From Octopus bimaculoides (taxonomy: Eukaryota), in NCBI RefSeq assembly GCF_001194135.2, contig NC_068984.1, positions 73,261,605 through 73,297,882 on the forward strand: a DNA stretch of 36,278 nucleotides, given 5' to 3'. The translations under genes and the position numbers were made by a program. Below the pieces are notes generated by a model. The model did no database searches. It was not told the DNA's origin and was given only the letters and a program-made list of their open reading frames with translations. Of this stretch, positions 1-12,013 are shown piece after piece (the first letter of the stretch is position 1; the number at the start of each line of letters is the position of its first letter).

Positions 1-31
1 TATATATATATATATATATATACATATACAT

Positions 32-80
<49 letters not shown>

Positions 81-118
81 CACACACACATATATATATA
101 TATATATGTATGTATGCA
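1..118. repeat. (TA)n/(CA)n compound microsatellite
   Basis: Directly visible. Similar TA, CA/TG, GA, GATA, TATG, AAAT and ATT tracts recur throughout the window and flank almost every N gap. Confidence 0.95.
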
Positions 119-928
119 TATATGTGTATGTATATGTACGTAAATGAAAAATACATATGTAAACATGGACGATGACAAACTAAAAAACAAATACCAAAGT
201 CCAAAAGCAAATAAACAGAACAGAAAAATGCCCTGAACAAAATATTAAAAAAATACATACATCCGTTTGTGATCTCTATATAAAATAATATTTGAACTGT
301 GATCAAATACGATGCTTCTAAACTATCTTTCTTATCTTCGATAAATTGATTTCCTTTACACACCATTGCGCTGTAGTTTACACTTCAATGCTTCCATCAA
401 ACCACGTATAATACTTAAAAGTTTCAATGTGCTACAAATATTTTCTAATTGACTGATTGCCAGATTGAGAGAAAATGATGATAGTGTAGTGCGTTAATTT
501 CAATAGCTTTGTATTTGCATAAAATATTCGCAGCTGATTGAGCCGATAGCTTAGCAAATCCTTTTCTCTTATAATACACAAGGATCTCTACGACCGATGA
601 AAAATGCCAAATTTTCTTTTATAACCTTAAGCGGATACAAAAATATGTGTCAGCTAGTGAGTCGGTTAGCTATTCTCGTTAGCCCGATAAACTCTTGCAT
701 ACGATAAATGTCTCAGTTCGTATGCTACGGGAAGAAAAGCTATTCTGCTTTCCACAAATCCTTCCCTGGAAAGACAAGACGGTGCTTTCAAATATCTATA
801 GGCAGCTCTGAGAATAGCTCGTTCAAGTCATACTGTTTTGTTATACCATTCTACCTAACAGCACTGTGTAAAGTTTTCACTTAAGTACAATTTATTTACA
901 CCCTCGTAAAATACAGCGGATCATCCTT

Positions 929-967
<39 letters not shown>

Positions 968-1253
968 NNNNNNNNNNNNNNNNNNNNNNNNNNNNNNNNN
1001 NNNNNNNNNNNNNNNNNNNNNNNNNNNNNNNNNNNNNNNNNNNNNNNNNNNNNNNNNNNNNNNNNNNNNNNNNNNNNNNNNNNNNNNNNNNNNNNNNNNN
1101 NNNNNNNNNNNNNNNNNNNNNNNNNNNNNNNNNNNNNNNNNNNNNNNNNNNNNNNNNNNNNNNNNNNNNNNNNNNNNNNNNNNNNNNNNNNNNNNNNNNN
1201 NNNNNNNNNNNNNNNNNNNNNNNNNNNNNNNNNNNNNNNNNNNNNNNNNNNNN

Positions 1254-1592
1254 ATCAATAGGGATCGTGTATCACAGTCAATGTATAGAACGGGGAACAG
1301 ATTAGGTTTATCTGTGGAGAGAAAAGCCTACGGAAAAGACCACGGTCACCCCAGGCTTTTTTTTTAAAGGTACATGAAAGTAAGTACCTTCTCTCTTTTT
1401 GTCTCTTTTTGTTACAAGTCTATGCTTAAAATGGTGTCGTCTTTCATTCTTACCATTCTTGCCACATTTACCCATTTTTTATTGAAACTTTCATTCGACA
1501 ACACTTTCCTCTCTATCCTCATCCTCCTTTTCAAGTGGTACTTGAAAAAGTTGACGAGGGACTGACCAGAGAGGAAAGTATTTGTTTGTAGG
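1254..1592 (-). mobile_element. 5'-truncated L1/Tx1-like LINE fragment: ORF2 C-terminus plus part of the 3' UTR
   Basis: The minus-strand peptide QTNTFLSGQSLVNFFKYHLKRRMRIERKVLSNESFNKKWVNVARMVR is clearly homologous to the peptide at 36135-36278 (INFFKYHLKRKVRVERQVLSSKCFEKS*IHVARMAR). The two copies share DNA motifs (cctacg..aaaagaccacggt; ttcaagtg[g/a]tacttgaaaaagttga). The L1/Tx1 assignment is from recall of ORF2 C-termini. Confidence 0.65.
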
Positions 1593-1982
1593 CACACACA
1601 TATCTATGAATGTGTGTATGAGTGTGTATGTGTGTGTATGTGTGTGTGTGTGTGTGTAACGAAGAATGTGCTCAATAGTAGAACAAACATGAGCAAGCAC
1701 TAATAAAAGGATAAAAGAGCAACTCACAATAAAACTATTAAATGCGGTACGTGCGTCGCTGAAAATACAAAATACAATAACAAAGGACAGAGATGGTAAC
1801 TCCTAGCGCGTCGATGTTGAGAGTATAGAATCAGAACCTGGAAAATTTCCAACTACGTTGTAGTAAAATATGCAGGAAGCGTCAAATCTGCTGATATAAT
1901 CCTCTCTTAGCAAATAATATTAAGACGCTAATTACGAACGTCTGTTATTAATTGTTGAATAGAAATTCTGCCCTTCAATATT

Positions 1983-2026
1983 ACGAAATTTTTAAAGGGA
2001 AAAACGAAATTTTTAAAGGGAAAAAC
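1983..2026. repeat. Perfect 21-bp tandem duplication
   Basis: acgaaatttttaaagggaaaa occurs at 1983-2003 and again at 2004-2024. Confidence 0.95.
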
Positions 2027-3025
2027 TATTAAAGTGTCATATTGTGTTACGCCTAGCCTAGAAGGAATTAAAACCAGCTTCAGACAGAAATAAAATTTAA
2101 AAAATGTTTAACTGGTTAGTACTTAGCCCATGAATTCCTAGGCCTAAATCTAAAGTCTACACAAGAAATACCGCTAGGACGAAACACATGAAAGTACTAT
2201 CTAACAATACTCTAAATATGGCTAACATTGAAATTGATAACCTCATCATAAATACTTCTGCTAAGACCAATGGACATCTTCACAACCTCATAGCTACACT
2301 ACAAGTCTCCCAGGTGATGTACGGAATGAATAAGGAACATTTAGTGCAGCCATGTCAAAGTTTTCACTCCCACATTCAAGCAAGCTTTGAAACTGTTAGT
2401 GGATTCATAGAGTAATCTTATAAGAAAGTTTATTCAGAGCAAATGCAGAGATTTTTTTATTAAAACACCTTCGTTTTTTGCGAGATTTGAATCGTTTTAT
2501 TACATCATCAAATGTCCTCACATACCTCTCACAACCTTCATATGAAGGAACTTTCACAAGCAAAATAGATTACATTATAAATTATTAAGTATTTTACCAA
2601 CTCTATTCGATTAAATAGTTTCCACAATAAAGGCATACTTCATTTTAATGGATCTGAAGAATTTATAAGATTTCGCTCGATCACTCCGTTCTGGATGCAG
2701 TACGGCAGAAGCAGTTTTTACCTAATGAAGTCATTACGCAACTTTCATTCTTATATCAATCTCTATTAGTATTACGCTCTCTAACAACTAGTTACTGTTG
2801 TCGCAATGCTTAAATGCAGTCATAAATAATAACACACACACACATATATATAGCTGACTATACATACACACACGTACACACACACACACACACATATAGG
2901 GTGTAATATTTTGTAATATCCTTGGAACTTATGTAAATTTCGCTACCCTGGTAACTATTTATTTTTTCCGTGTTATTTGTACACATTGAAAAAAATGCAC
3001 ATACATTTATACATATATATATATA

Positions 3026-3117
3026 TAAATTGTAAATCCCCAAAATAACAACAAAACTACAAAGGATTCCGCGGTACACTTTGTAGTTTTGTTGTTATTT
3101 TTGGGATTTACAATTTA
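3026..3117. repeat. Near-perfect inverted repeat (39-bp arms, 1 mismatch, 14-nt spacer)
   Basis: 3026-3064 taaattgtaaatccccaaaataacaacaaaactacaaag is the reverse complement of 3079-3117 except at one base. The spacer gattccgcggtaca contains CCGCGG. Confidence 0.95.
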
Positions 3118-3994
3118 TTCTTTCACCGCAACCACTAGCTGGAATACACAGGTGCTTACAATTGTCAAGTATTACCTCTAAATTTCAATTTACCTATATA
3201 TATATNNNNNNNNNNNNNNNNNNNNNNNNNNNNNNNNNNNNNNNNNATATATGTTTTAAATATTATTTTCATTTCTACCTGGCGCTATAATATGCTCATA
3301 CCAACATATGCAGAGATATATGTTTGATGTTCATTACGATAATGCCCGTGATATTTCAATTTTGCTTCTATTCAGAAATGCTGGATGACATCATGTAATG
3401 TACTCTCGTTCGTTTATCTAACAACGATCATGCGTAATTTATTGAATAGTTAAAAATAATTAAAAAGAGATTGACTTTTTTCTGAGTGAACGATATACAT
3501 GTGTGTGAGTGTGTATGTGTGTACGCGAGTACGTGTACGTGCGTGTTTCTAGTTAGATCTAAACAAATATTGAAAGGATTAAATATTTAGAGTAAAATAA
3601 TGGATGAATCTGCCGCTCAGCGAGTGTTATATCTCCATGAAATCTGTTACATTCAAATTTTCATTGATTTTCAAAATGTATTTTACATGTCCTAAACGTG
3701 TGCTACTCCAAATTTATGGAACCAGCTCCAGATGACTGAGAGCTAGAGTACAACAGTAGATGAATGCAGTGCGGTTCGATCAAATAAAAACAGGTCTAAG
3801 AAACAGAAGTCAATGTCACCTCATGAACTTCAACAAAGACAAATATAATTCTGCCAGGAAGAACAAACGAGCCAAGATAATAATTAGCTTGCAGCAGAAA
3901 CTCCGGAGTAAATATGAGAGACTGAGTCAGTTTTTATCACTGCTGACGTATTTCATCATAGGCAATTTTGAAGTATGTGTCTCCTACAAATATA

Positions 3995-4640
3995 AGAGCC
4001 TTGACAACCACTGAGGAGTTGTGTCATTACAGCCATCACAGAATAGTGTTATTACAACCATCATTTAACTGTTTCAACAAAACCAGCACTGTATGTATGC
4101 AAAATGAACTATTGCAACCACCGCTATTTTGTTTCATTGATATTCACTCCAAAGGTTTATCCTTACAACAATCCCTAAGCTCTTTTATTATAATCACCAC
4201 AGAGTAGTGTCAGTACAAAGGCTTCTAAAACCTCGTTGCATTCAATAATGAAATGTTTCATTACGACCACCAGAAAGCTTTGTCATTACAACCATCACGA
4301 ACCTATTTCGTTCAAACCAACACTGACCTTTGTCATAACAGCTATCATTGAGATGTTATTACAACCACTTGCATAATATCCCAGCACAATCAATACTAAC
4401 ATGTGTCAATAAAACAATGTTGAGGTGTTTCATTACAAACACTATTGAGTTATGTCAGTACAACCACCTCTTCATTTGTTGAATATATCTAACATTGAGC
4501 TGAACTTTGCCATTACAAACACAGATCAATGATATTGCAGACATGAACAATGTGCATTATTTAAACCATTACTGGCCCTGTCAAAGTAACAACTGCTAAG
4601 ATATCAATGCAACCAATACTGAGCTTTGCATTAGAACCAA
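3995..4640. repeat. Highly degenerate ~25-27-bp tandem minisatellite
   Basis: The motif TGTCATTACAACCA and variants recur at about 4021, 4046, 4254, 4281, 4331, 4354, 4426, 4451 and 4506, with roughly 25-27-bp spacing. Confidence 0.75.
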
Positions 4641-4880
4641 TGTACTTTCGCATGTTACTGAGTCATAACTTTCGGTTTTTCTCGTAGGTTTTCATACGTA
4701 TCATTTATTTTAAAGTTGCTTCCCTGTATGCTTATTTCACTTTTTGTAGTAAATGGCCAATTTTTTTTAAAACAATTACTCCGATTCCTTCTATAATTCA
4801 TTATTTATTAGCTTCGATGATTTAAAAAACATTTAAAGACATTTACATGCTATATACGAAAGCATTATATATTTATATAT

Positions 4881-5205
4881 AGGCGCAGCCGTGGTATATA
4901 GGTAAGAAGTTTGCTTCCCAACCCCATGGTTGCAGATTCAGTCTCACTGTATAGAAACGTGGGCAATCAAAGCTTTGTGAGTGGTTTTAATAAATGAAAA
5001 TGTCTATTTGTGTGCCATTTAGTCTGTGTTTGTCACCCACCACCTGTTATCATTCGACTTTTATCTCTTTATGCCCGTAAAGCTCGAAACGTGACCGATT
5101 GAATAAGTTCCAAGCTAAATAATAAAGTACTGGGGTCAATTTGTTAGACTAAAACCCTTCAAGACGATGACCACAATGCAATAACTGAGACTAGTAAAAA
5201 GAAAG
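4881..5205 (+). mobile_element. Old copy of tRNA-derived SINE family A (CORE-like, octopus OR-type)
   Basis: Colinear with the young copy at 9023-9437: head ggcgcag..gtgg..ggtaagaag, central caaagctttgtgagtgg, and tail gaataagt..gactaaaa..actgag. Confidence 0.75.
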
Positions 5206-5235
5206 TCTGATAAGTTAGACAGTCAGAGAGATAAT

Positions 5236-5236
<1 letters not shown>

Positions 5237-5293
<57 letters not shown>
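5237..5293. repeat. (GATA)n microsatellite
   Basis: Directly visible. Further GATA tracts lie at about 23100-23145, 25490-25545 and 35115-35180. Confidence 0.95.
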
Positions 5294-5295
<2 letters not shown>

Positions 5296-6223
5296 AGAAG
5301 TAGATATATTGTTACATGTATATATCATTACTATCTATTCATCTCCGTCATCTGCACATCTAACTTTTTCAAACTAACCTTCTGAAGAAGAGGCAAAGCA
5401 CGAAACTTCAACGCGGTTTCCAGTTATTTCATTCTTTCATTGAGACTTAAAGGAATAATTACATAGTCTTCACGTTGTTTTCGGAATAGCTTAAATTTAC
5501 TAAATTTACAAACCATTACATATGATGTGTATATATGTATAAATACGTGAGTTTGTATGCCTGCATGTATATATATATATATATATATATACATACATAC
5601 ATACATATATATGTATACATATATATATATATATATGTGTATGTATGTATATATTACCTGTAAATATATAAATGCATATGCGTATGTGTATGTGTACTTA
5701 TGTATGTATGTATGTATATGCGTGTATATGAATATGCTAGTGCTTGTTTTTATGTTGATTATATATAACAACTGTTTAATCTTACTAGAGACTTATTTGC
5801 AGAGTATATATTTATGAATGTTATACGGTAAAACTTTACAGTAACTTCGAAGTTCAAGCTGCTCGCCCCAATCAATATATGAATACAAAACATCCAAAAT
5901 TTTTGAAGTCACACTCTAGTTTTCTCGTTAAGAAATTCGTATTTATGTACAATGAATATGTATGTGTGTATGTTTATTTATCTCAAAGAGGGTGGGTGTT
6001 TGAATTTTGCTTGCGATCTCTGGACGGCTTTATTCAGCAAATAGTAATGCTAACACTGGTATATCTCATAAAAATTAACATCCGAACTCTTGCAGTATGG
6101 AAGGTGTGGTGCCGTATTCTCCCACATACACATAAGCAGCTATATACACCATACATTAGCACGCACGCAAAACAAGATCACATGCACGCATTCTTACATA
6201 TATGTATGAATGTGTGTGTGTGA

Positions 6224-6269
<46 letters not shown>

Positions 6270-7559
6270 NNNNNNNNNNNNNNNNNNNNNNNNNNNNNNN
6301 NNNNNNNNNNNNNNNNNNNNNNNNNNNNNNNNNNNNNNNNNNNNNNNNNNNNNNNNNNNNNNNNNNNNNNNNNNNNNNNNNNNNNNNNNNNNNNNNNNNN
6401 NNNNNNNNNNNNNNNNNNNNNNNNNNNNNNNNNNNNNNNNNNNNNNNNNNNNNNNNNNNNNNNNNNNNNNNNNNNNNNNNNNNNNNNNNNNNNNNNNNNN
6501 NNNNNNNNNNNNNNNNNNNNNNNNNNNNNNNNNNNNNNNNNNNNNNNNNNNNNNNNNNNNNNNNNNNNNNNNNNNNNNNNNNNNNNNNNNNNNNNNNNNN
6601 NNNNNNNNNNNNNNNNNNNNNNNNNNNNNNNNNNNNNNNNNNNNNNNNNNNNNNNNNNNNNNNNNNNNNNNNNNNNNNNNNNNNNNNNNNNNNNNNNNNN
6701 NNNNNNNNNNNNNNNNNNNNNNNNNNNNNNNNNNNNNNNNNNNNNNNNNNNNNNNNNNNNNNNNNNNNNNNNNNNNNNNNNNNNNNNNNNNNNNNNNNNN
6801 NNNNNNNNNNNNNNNNNNNNNNNNNNNNNNNNNNNNNNNNNNNNNNNNNNNNNNNNNNNNNNNNNNNNNNNNNNNNNNNNNNNNNNNNNNNNNNNNNNNN
6901 NNNNNNNNNNNNNNNNNNNNNNNNNNNNNNNNNNNNNNNNNNNNNNNNNNNNNNNNNNNNNNNNNNNNNNNNNNNNNNNNNNNNNNNNNNNNNNNNNNNN
7001 NNNNNNNNNNNNNNNNNNNNNNNNNNNNNNNNNNNNNNNNNNNNNNNNNNNNNNNNNNNNNNNNNNNNNNNNNNNNNNNNNNNNNNNNNNNNNNNNNNNN
7101 NNNNNNNNNNNNNNNNNNNNNNNNNNNNNNNNNNNNNNNNNNNNNNNNNNNNNNNNNNNNNNNNNNNNNNNNNNNNNNNNNNNNNNNNNNNNNNNNNNNT
7201 ATATATATATATTTATATTTATATATATGTATGTATGTATATATATATACATACGTACCTACATAAATATATATATGCATATATGTATATTAGAAGGTAT
7301 GCACCCACATATATGTGCGTGTTTGTCACTGTGTGTGAGCATATACGCATCTTTGCACATGTGTGTATGTGTGCATGTATATTTATTTACGTGTATACAT
7401 ACATCGATATATATATAAATATATATATACACTTGTACTTGTACACATATATATATATATACACACATATATATATCGTCGTGAATATACGTACATATAC
7501 GAACACACATGCATGCACACACTCACGCGCATATATATATTTTTTTTTTCTATCGATTT

Positions 7560-7635
<76 letters not shown>

Positions 7636-8363
7636 TCCTATCTATCTATATTTCTACATGCATATACACGCACACGCACACACACATTTAGCTGTGATAG
7701 TTATCGAGAAATTAATGCAAAAGTAGGCATAAATTCTGTAATAACTAATGCAGGTCGTTCAAATTTTACATCTCTTTCTCGATACAAATATACTAAACAA
7801 CACAGTCTTCGTCAAAAAAAAATTTGCATTCGCCTCATCACTAAACTTAACTGTCAAATCCACTTGAAATAGTTCACGTGATCACCGTTTTTCCTTTTCT
7901 TTGCCATTGCTCTCATTTCGTTTGCATCATCAAACTGCTGCCATATTTATACATCATCAGTCACGTGTGATTGTCGTGGGTGTTTATTTATGCATAATCC
8001 TATGCTACGAACATTGTTTTTTCCTACCTAATTTTCTTTAGAGTTATGCATTGAAAAGCATAGAAATAGCGCCTGGCTTTTGATGTATAGTGTATATCCT
8101 TGTGGTTAACATAAGCAGTAATGCAACTCACATCTCCCACTTTGTAATGCTCTTTAGATATTTCGTATGTTTTTAGCAGCTTGTAATTGCATTTACATAT
8201 TCTTAAACTCAAGGATGAGCATTTTTCAATGAATATATAAATGAAGTCATACAGGCTAAAATCACTTTTTTCCGGAAGATTAATGTTTCGCGGTTTGGAG
8301 AAGTTGATGCTTTACAACGAATAGACTCCAGGAATTTTTACAGCGTACAAAAATAGACACACT

Positions 8364-8402
<39 letters not shown>

Positions 8403-8425
8403 ACATACATACACACTCACACGCG

Positions 8426-8493
<68 letters not shown>

Positions 8494-8946
8494 TAATGGT
8501 TTGTATTTCCTCGGCACGACTGGCATGACATATATTCAAAGAGATGATTTTCTTGTATCGCGAGAAGGATATTTTGCCAATAAAAACACTTAGATCGCTT
8601 CGATTTGCTTCTTTTTAATATTGTTATTCAAATAGTAAAAAAAAATACAATTACGTTATCTATTTAATCAATCAATCTCCAAGTTTGTCAACGTCCTTTC
8701 GTCACTTTTGCAGCCTCATCATTGACGTGCGCTCGTTTCGACAGATCTATCAGAATTTGTCCTATTTGGATATGTATGGCATTTTGCTCTTCTTTATATA
8801 TTTCTTTCTGAAATGTGAAACGTGTTCAACCGTATGTAGGTGCATGTTTTCGGTGTGTGCGTCTTTGATTTGTGTACGTGCTTATGCACATACACACACG
8901 CCCAAATACACACACAAACACACATATCATAATGGTGTACAAAGCA

Positions 8947-9189
8947 CCTACCTGCTAGAAAGAAGAGTTAAAACTCTCATTTAAACTACCAATAACAATG
9001 AAAAATACGACAGAAAATCAACGCGCAGGAGTGGCTGTGTGGTAAGTAGCTTGCTTACCAACCACATGGTTCCGGGTTCAGTCCCACTGCGTGGCACTTT
9101 AGGCAAGTGTCTTCTACTATAGCCTCGGGCCGACCAAAGCCTTGTGAGTGGATTTGGTAGACTGAAACTGAAAGAAGCCCGTCGTATAG

Positions 9190-9221
<32 letters not shown>

Positions 9222-9671
9222 TTGTGTGTCTGTGTTTGTCCCCCCACCATCGCTTGACAACCGATGCTGGTGTGTTTACGTCCCCGTAACTTAGCGGTTC
9301 GGCAAAAAGAGACCGATAGAATAAGTACTAGGCTTACAAAGAATAAGTCCTGGAGTCGATTTCCTCGACTAAAGGCGGTGCTCCAGCATGGCCGCAGTCA
9401 AATGACTGAAACAAGTAAAAGAGTAAAAGAGTAAAAGAGTAGTCGGGCGAACGGGCTAAAAACTTTTTAACATACCTATATAATACAATGCTTTTCGCCA
9501 GAACCAGAAATCACGATCCAAGTATGTCCAGATAACAAAAAGATATACAATTAGGTTATATAGGTACGTTAAAAATTCGTTAGCCAGTTAGCCCGACTAC
9601 TGTTGATTTTCTGTCTTATTTTTCAGTGGTGGTTTAAATGAGGGTTTTAACTCTTCTTTCCAGCAGGTAGG
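8947..9671. mobile_element. MITE with ~116-bp terminal inverted repeats; left TIR interrupted by a SINE
   Basis: 8947-9022 plus 9438-9483 is the reverse complement of 9556-9671 (termini CCTACCTGCT...AGCAGGTAGG). There is a possible 2-bp CA TSD. Confidence 0.85.
9023..9437 (+). mobile_element. Young full-length SINE family A (tRNA-like head with A/B boxes, CORE-like block, internal microsatellite, (GAGTAAAA)n tail)
   Basis: A-box-like tggctgtgtggtaag, B-box-like ggttcagtccc, CORE-like ttaggcaagtgtcttct, internal (TA)n, and tail ggcggtgctccagcatggccgcagtcaaatgactgaaacaagtaaaa(gagtaaaa)n. Several other copies occur in the window. Confidence 0.9.
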
Positions 9672-9850
9672 CACATCGTGCGCCCTTATGATAGATATAA
9701 ATTTTAATTCTATAGATATCTAATGCTATTTTACGCCTGCAGCCATCTATATCATTGTGGCTGTTATTATCAACTATTTATATTACCACAGATAATAATA
9801 ACAATAATAATATCTATATAAATATTTACTTCTGAATATTTACTCCTTAA

Positions 9851-9881
<31 letters not shown>

Positions 9882-10076
9882 TGTATGTATGCATGTATGC
9901 ATGCATGCATGCATGTATGTATGTATGAAGTTTCACTAGTATGCTCTAGAGTTCCCAAAGTTGCAGTGTAGTAGGATCGAACTGCAGTGATTGCGAAGTG
10001 AACTTCTTAAACTTCCGACCATGTTGCACCAATACACATACACAGGGATTTGCACATACAAATATTAATGGGTATG

Positions 10077-10137
<61 letters not shown>

Positions 10138-11444
10138 NNNNNNNNNNNNNNNNNNNNNNNNNNNNNNNNNNNNNNNNNNNNNNNNNNNNNNNNNNNNNNN
10201 NNNNNNNNNNNNNNNNNNNNNNNNNNNNNNNNNNNNNNNNNNNNNNNNNNNNNNNNNNNNNNNNNNNNNNNNNNNTATATATATATATATATATGCATAC
10301 TGATATACATACGCACATATACACACATGTATACATACATCAATACTTATCAATATTCATACAAATGTTAATGTGTAGTTCTGTGTTCGTGTTTGTATGT
10401 ATGTGTTCATTCCTGTGTGTGTGTGTGTCTTTTCATCTATGTTTATTACATAACAGCCTATACAAGTTCAGTTTATTGCTCAATTGCACTGTCTGCCAAC
10501 ATTCATATCATGGTTGAATAAGATATGATGATGTTGCATATATTACCGCCATTTTTTTTCACCAATACTTATTTTTGTTCTCATTTTGCATTCGCGCTTC
10601 TTTTATTTTTTCCTTCATTATATTTCCGTCTTTTTCTCTATTTTTGCTCTTGCTTATAATCTCGTTCTGTAACCTTCTTCGGAGTTATAAATCTACATAT
10701 TCTCATATTTCTTATAAATTTATACATTCTCATTTATGTTTTGTTTCAAAAGCCAGATAAATGATAAACATAAAGAAACAAGAAACATAATTAATTATTA
10801 TTATTTCAAATATAACGGTAAGCCTGAAGATATGGTGATGAAGTAGAAGAGTAGCTTCGGTTGTTGCCCTGTTAATAATTTAACGAAACTAGAAGAACGA
10901 AAAACGACGTCAGCTTAGACAGGTTGCTAATTGAGTATGTACCGAAAGAAATTTTCTTTTGGTAGCGGGAGTAGGAGGACTCTTAATTCTGCTTTTTAGC
11001 ATATTCGATCTGTTCTTATATATATGACCACAGAAGTTGTTAGAACACACAGACTCACACACACACATACACACACATACACACAATACACATATACATA
11101 CATGTGTGTGTGTGTGTGTATGTGTGTGTGTTTATGTATATTGTTGATGTCAGGGAAATTTCATAAATTCATGTGAGTACGTGAAATAGTTATTTTTTGG
11201 AATAGTATAGCTCCAAGTACACACAATAGCAAAAGCATGCCTATATTGTATTGAAAAACACTTGCGGATAGAAAAATTCGACACTTTCTATAGAAAAAGT
11301 GATTTTCGATATATAGGCGAATATATAGACATGAATATTAACTGTCACCTATTTCTTTGGTGCCTGCAGCTTGCAACTCAAAGTCTATTCTCTCAGAAAA
11401 AGAAGCAGATGTAGTCGTGTATTTAAAAAATTTCCTTCGTAATT

Positions 11445-11610
11445 ATAAGTTTTGGGATTCGATTGCGACATTGTGGTTCTTGAGCAATATCTTTTCCTGT
11501 ACGGTCGCATCGCATTAAACATCTCCGTGTAATTGAGTATTTATTGCTTGGAAACCTACCGGATGAACTGGGACTGTAATTTAAAGGACCATGTCTCGCA
11601 TAACACCACA
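11445..11610 (+). mobile_element. Possible highly decayed copy of the V-domain-like SINE
   Basis: gattcgatt, gttcttgagcaa and ccggatgaactgg resemble blocks of the copies at 28584 and 29195. Confidence 0.35.
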
Positions 11611-11925
11611 CGTTGATAAGGCTTGTGAAATAGGTGAAAGGGGAAGATACGAGTGAAATACTCAGTTACAAGTTAATTTAATGAGTAGAGGTCGAATAAA
11701 TGGAAAATTCATCTTCGAAGGCGACGGAGATTCATTTTTGGCAGTACGAATATGAATTTAGATTATAGATTGATTGAACCAAACACCAGGAGCTGCCGAT
11801 AACTTCCAGGTGACTAAAACTACGTACGTGCATTGTATGGATTTTGGAAAAATGATAAGCCTTTGTTTTCGTAGCTGAGTCTCCAACCCTAGAGATTCTT
11901 TTGTCTTTTTTTATGAAAGAACACG

Positions 11926-11985
<60 letters not shown>

Positions 11986-12013
11986 AAACTGCCTCACTAC
12001 TTATAAGTAACTA

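Noticed and set aside
2440-2725. Short minus-strand open frames (VKTASAVLHPERS..; VPSYEGCERYVRTF..) as exons
   Set aside because: The splice phases are incompatible and no homology was recognised.
3995-4640. CRISPR-like array
   Set aside because: The repeats are degenerate and tandem, without unique spacers of constant length. The context is eukaryotic and there are no cas genes.
7690-7990. Possible further PLE end: weak GIY-YIG C-terminal resemblance on +, TGATGA..GAA motifs on -, and E-box motifs
   Set aside because: The signals fall on conflicting strands and no hammerhead stems or convincing protein motif could be built.
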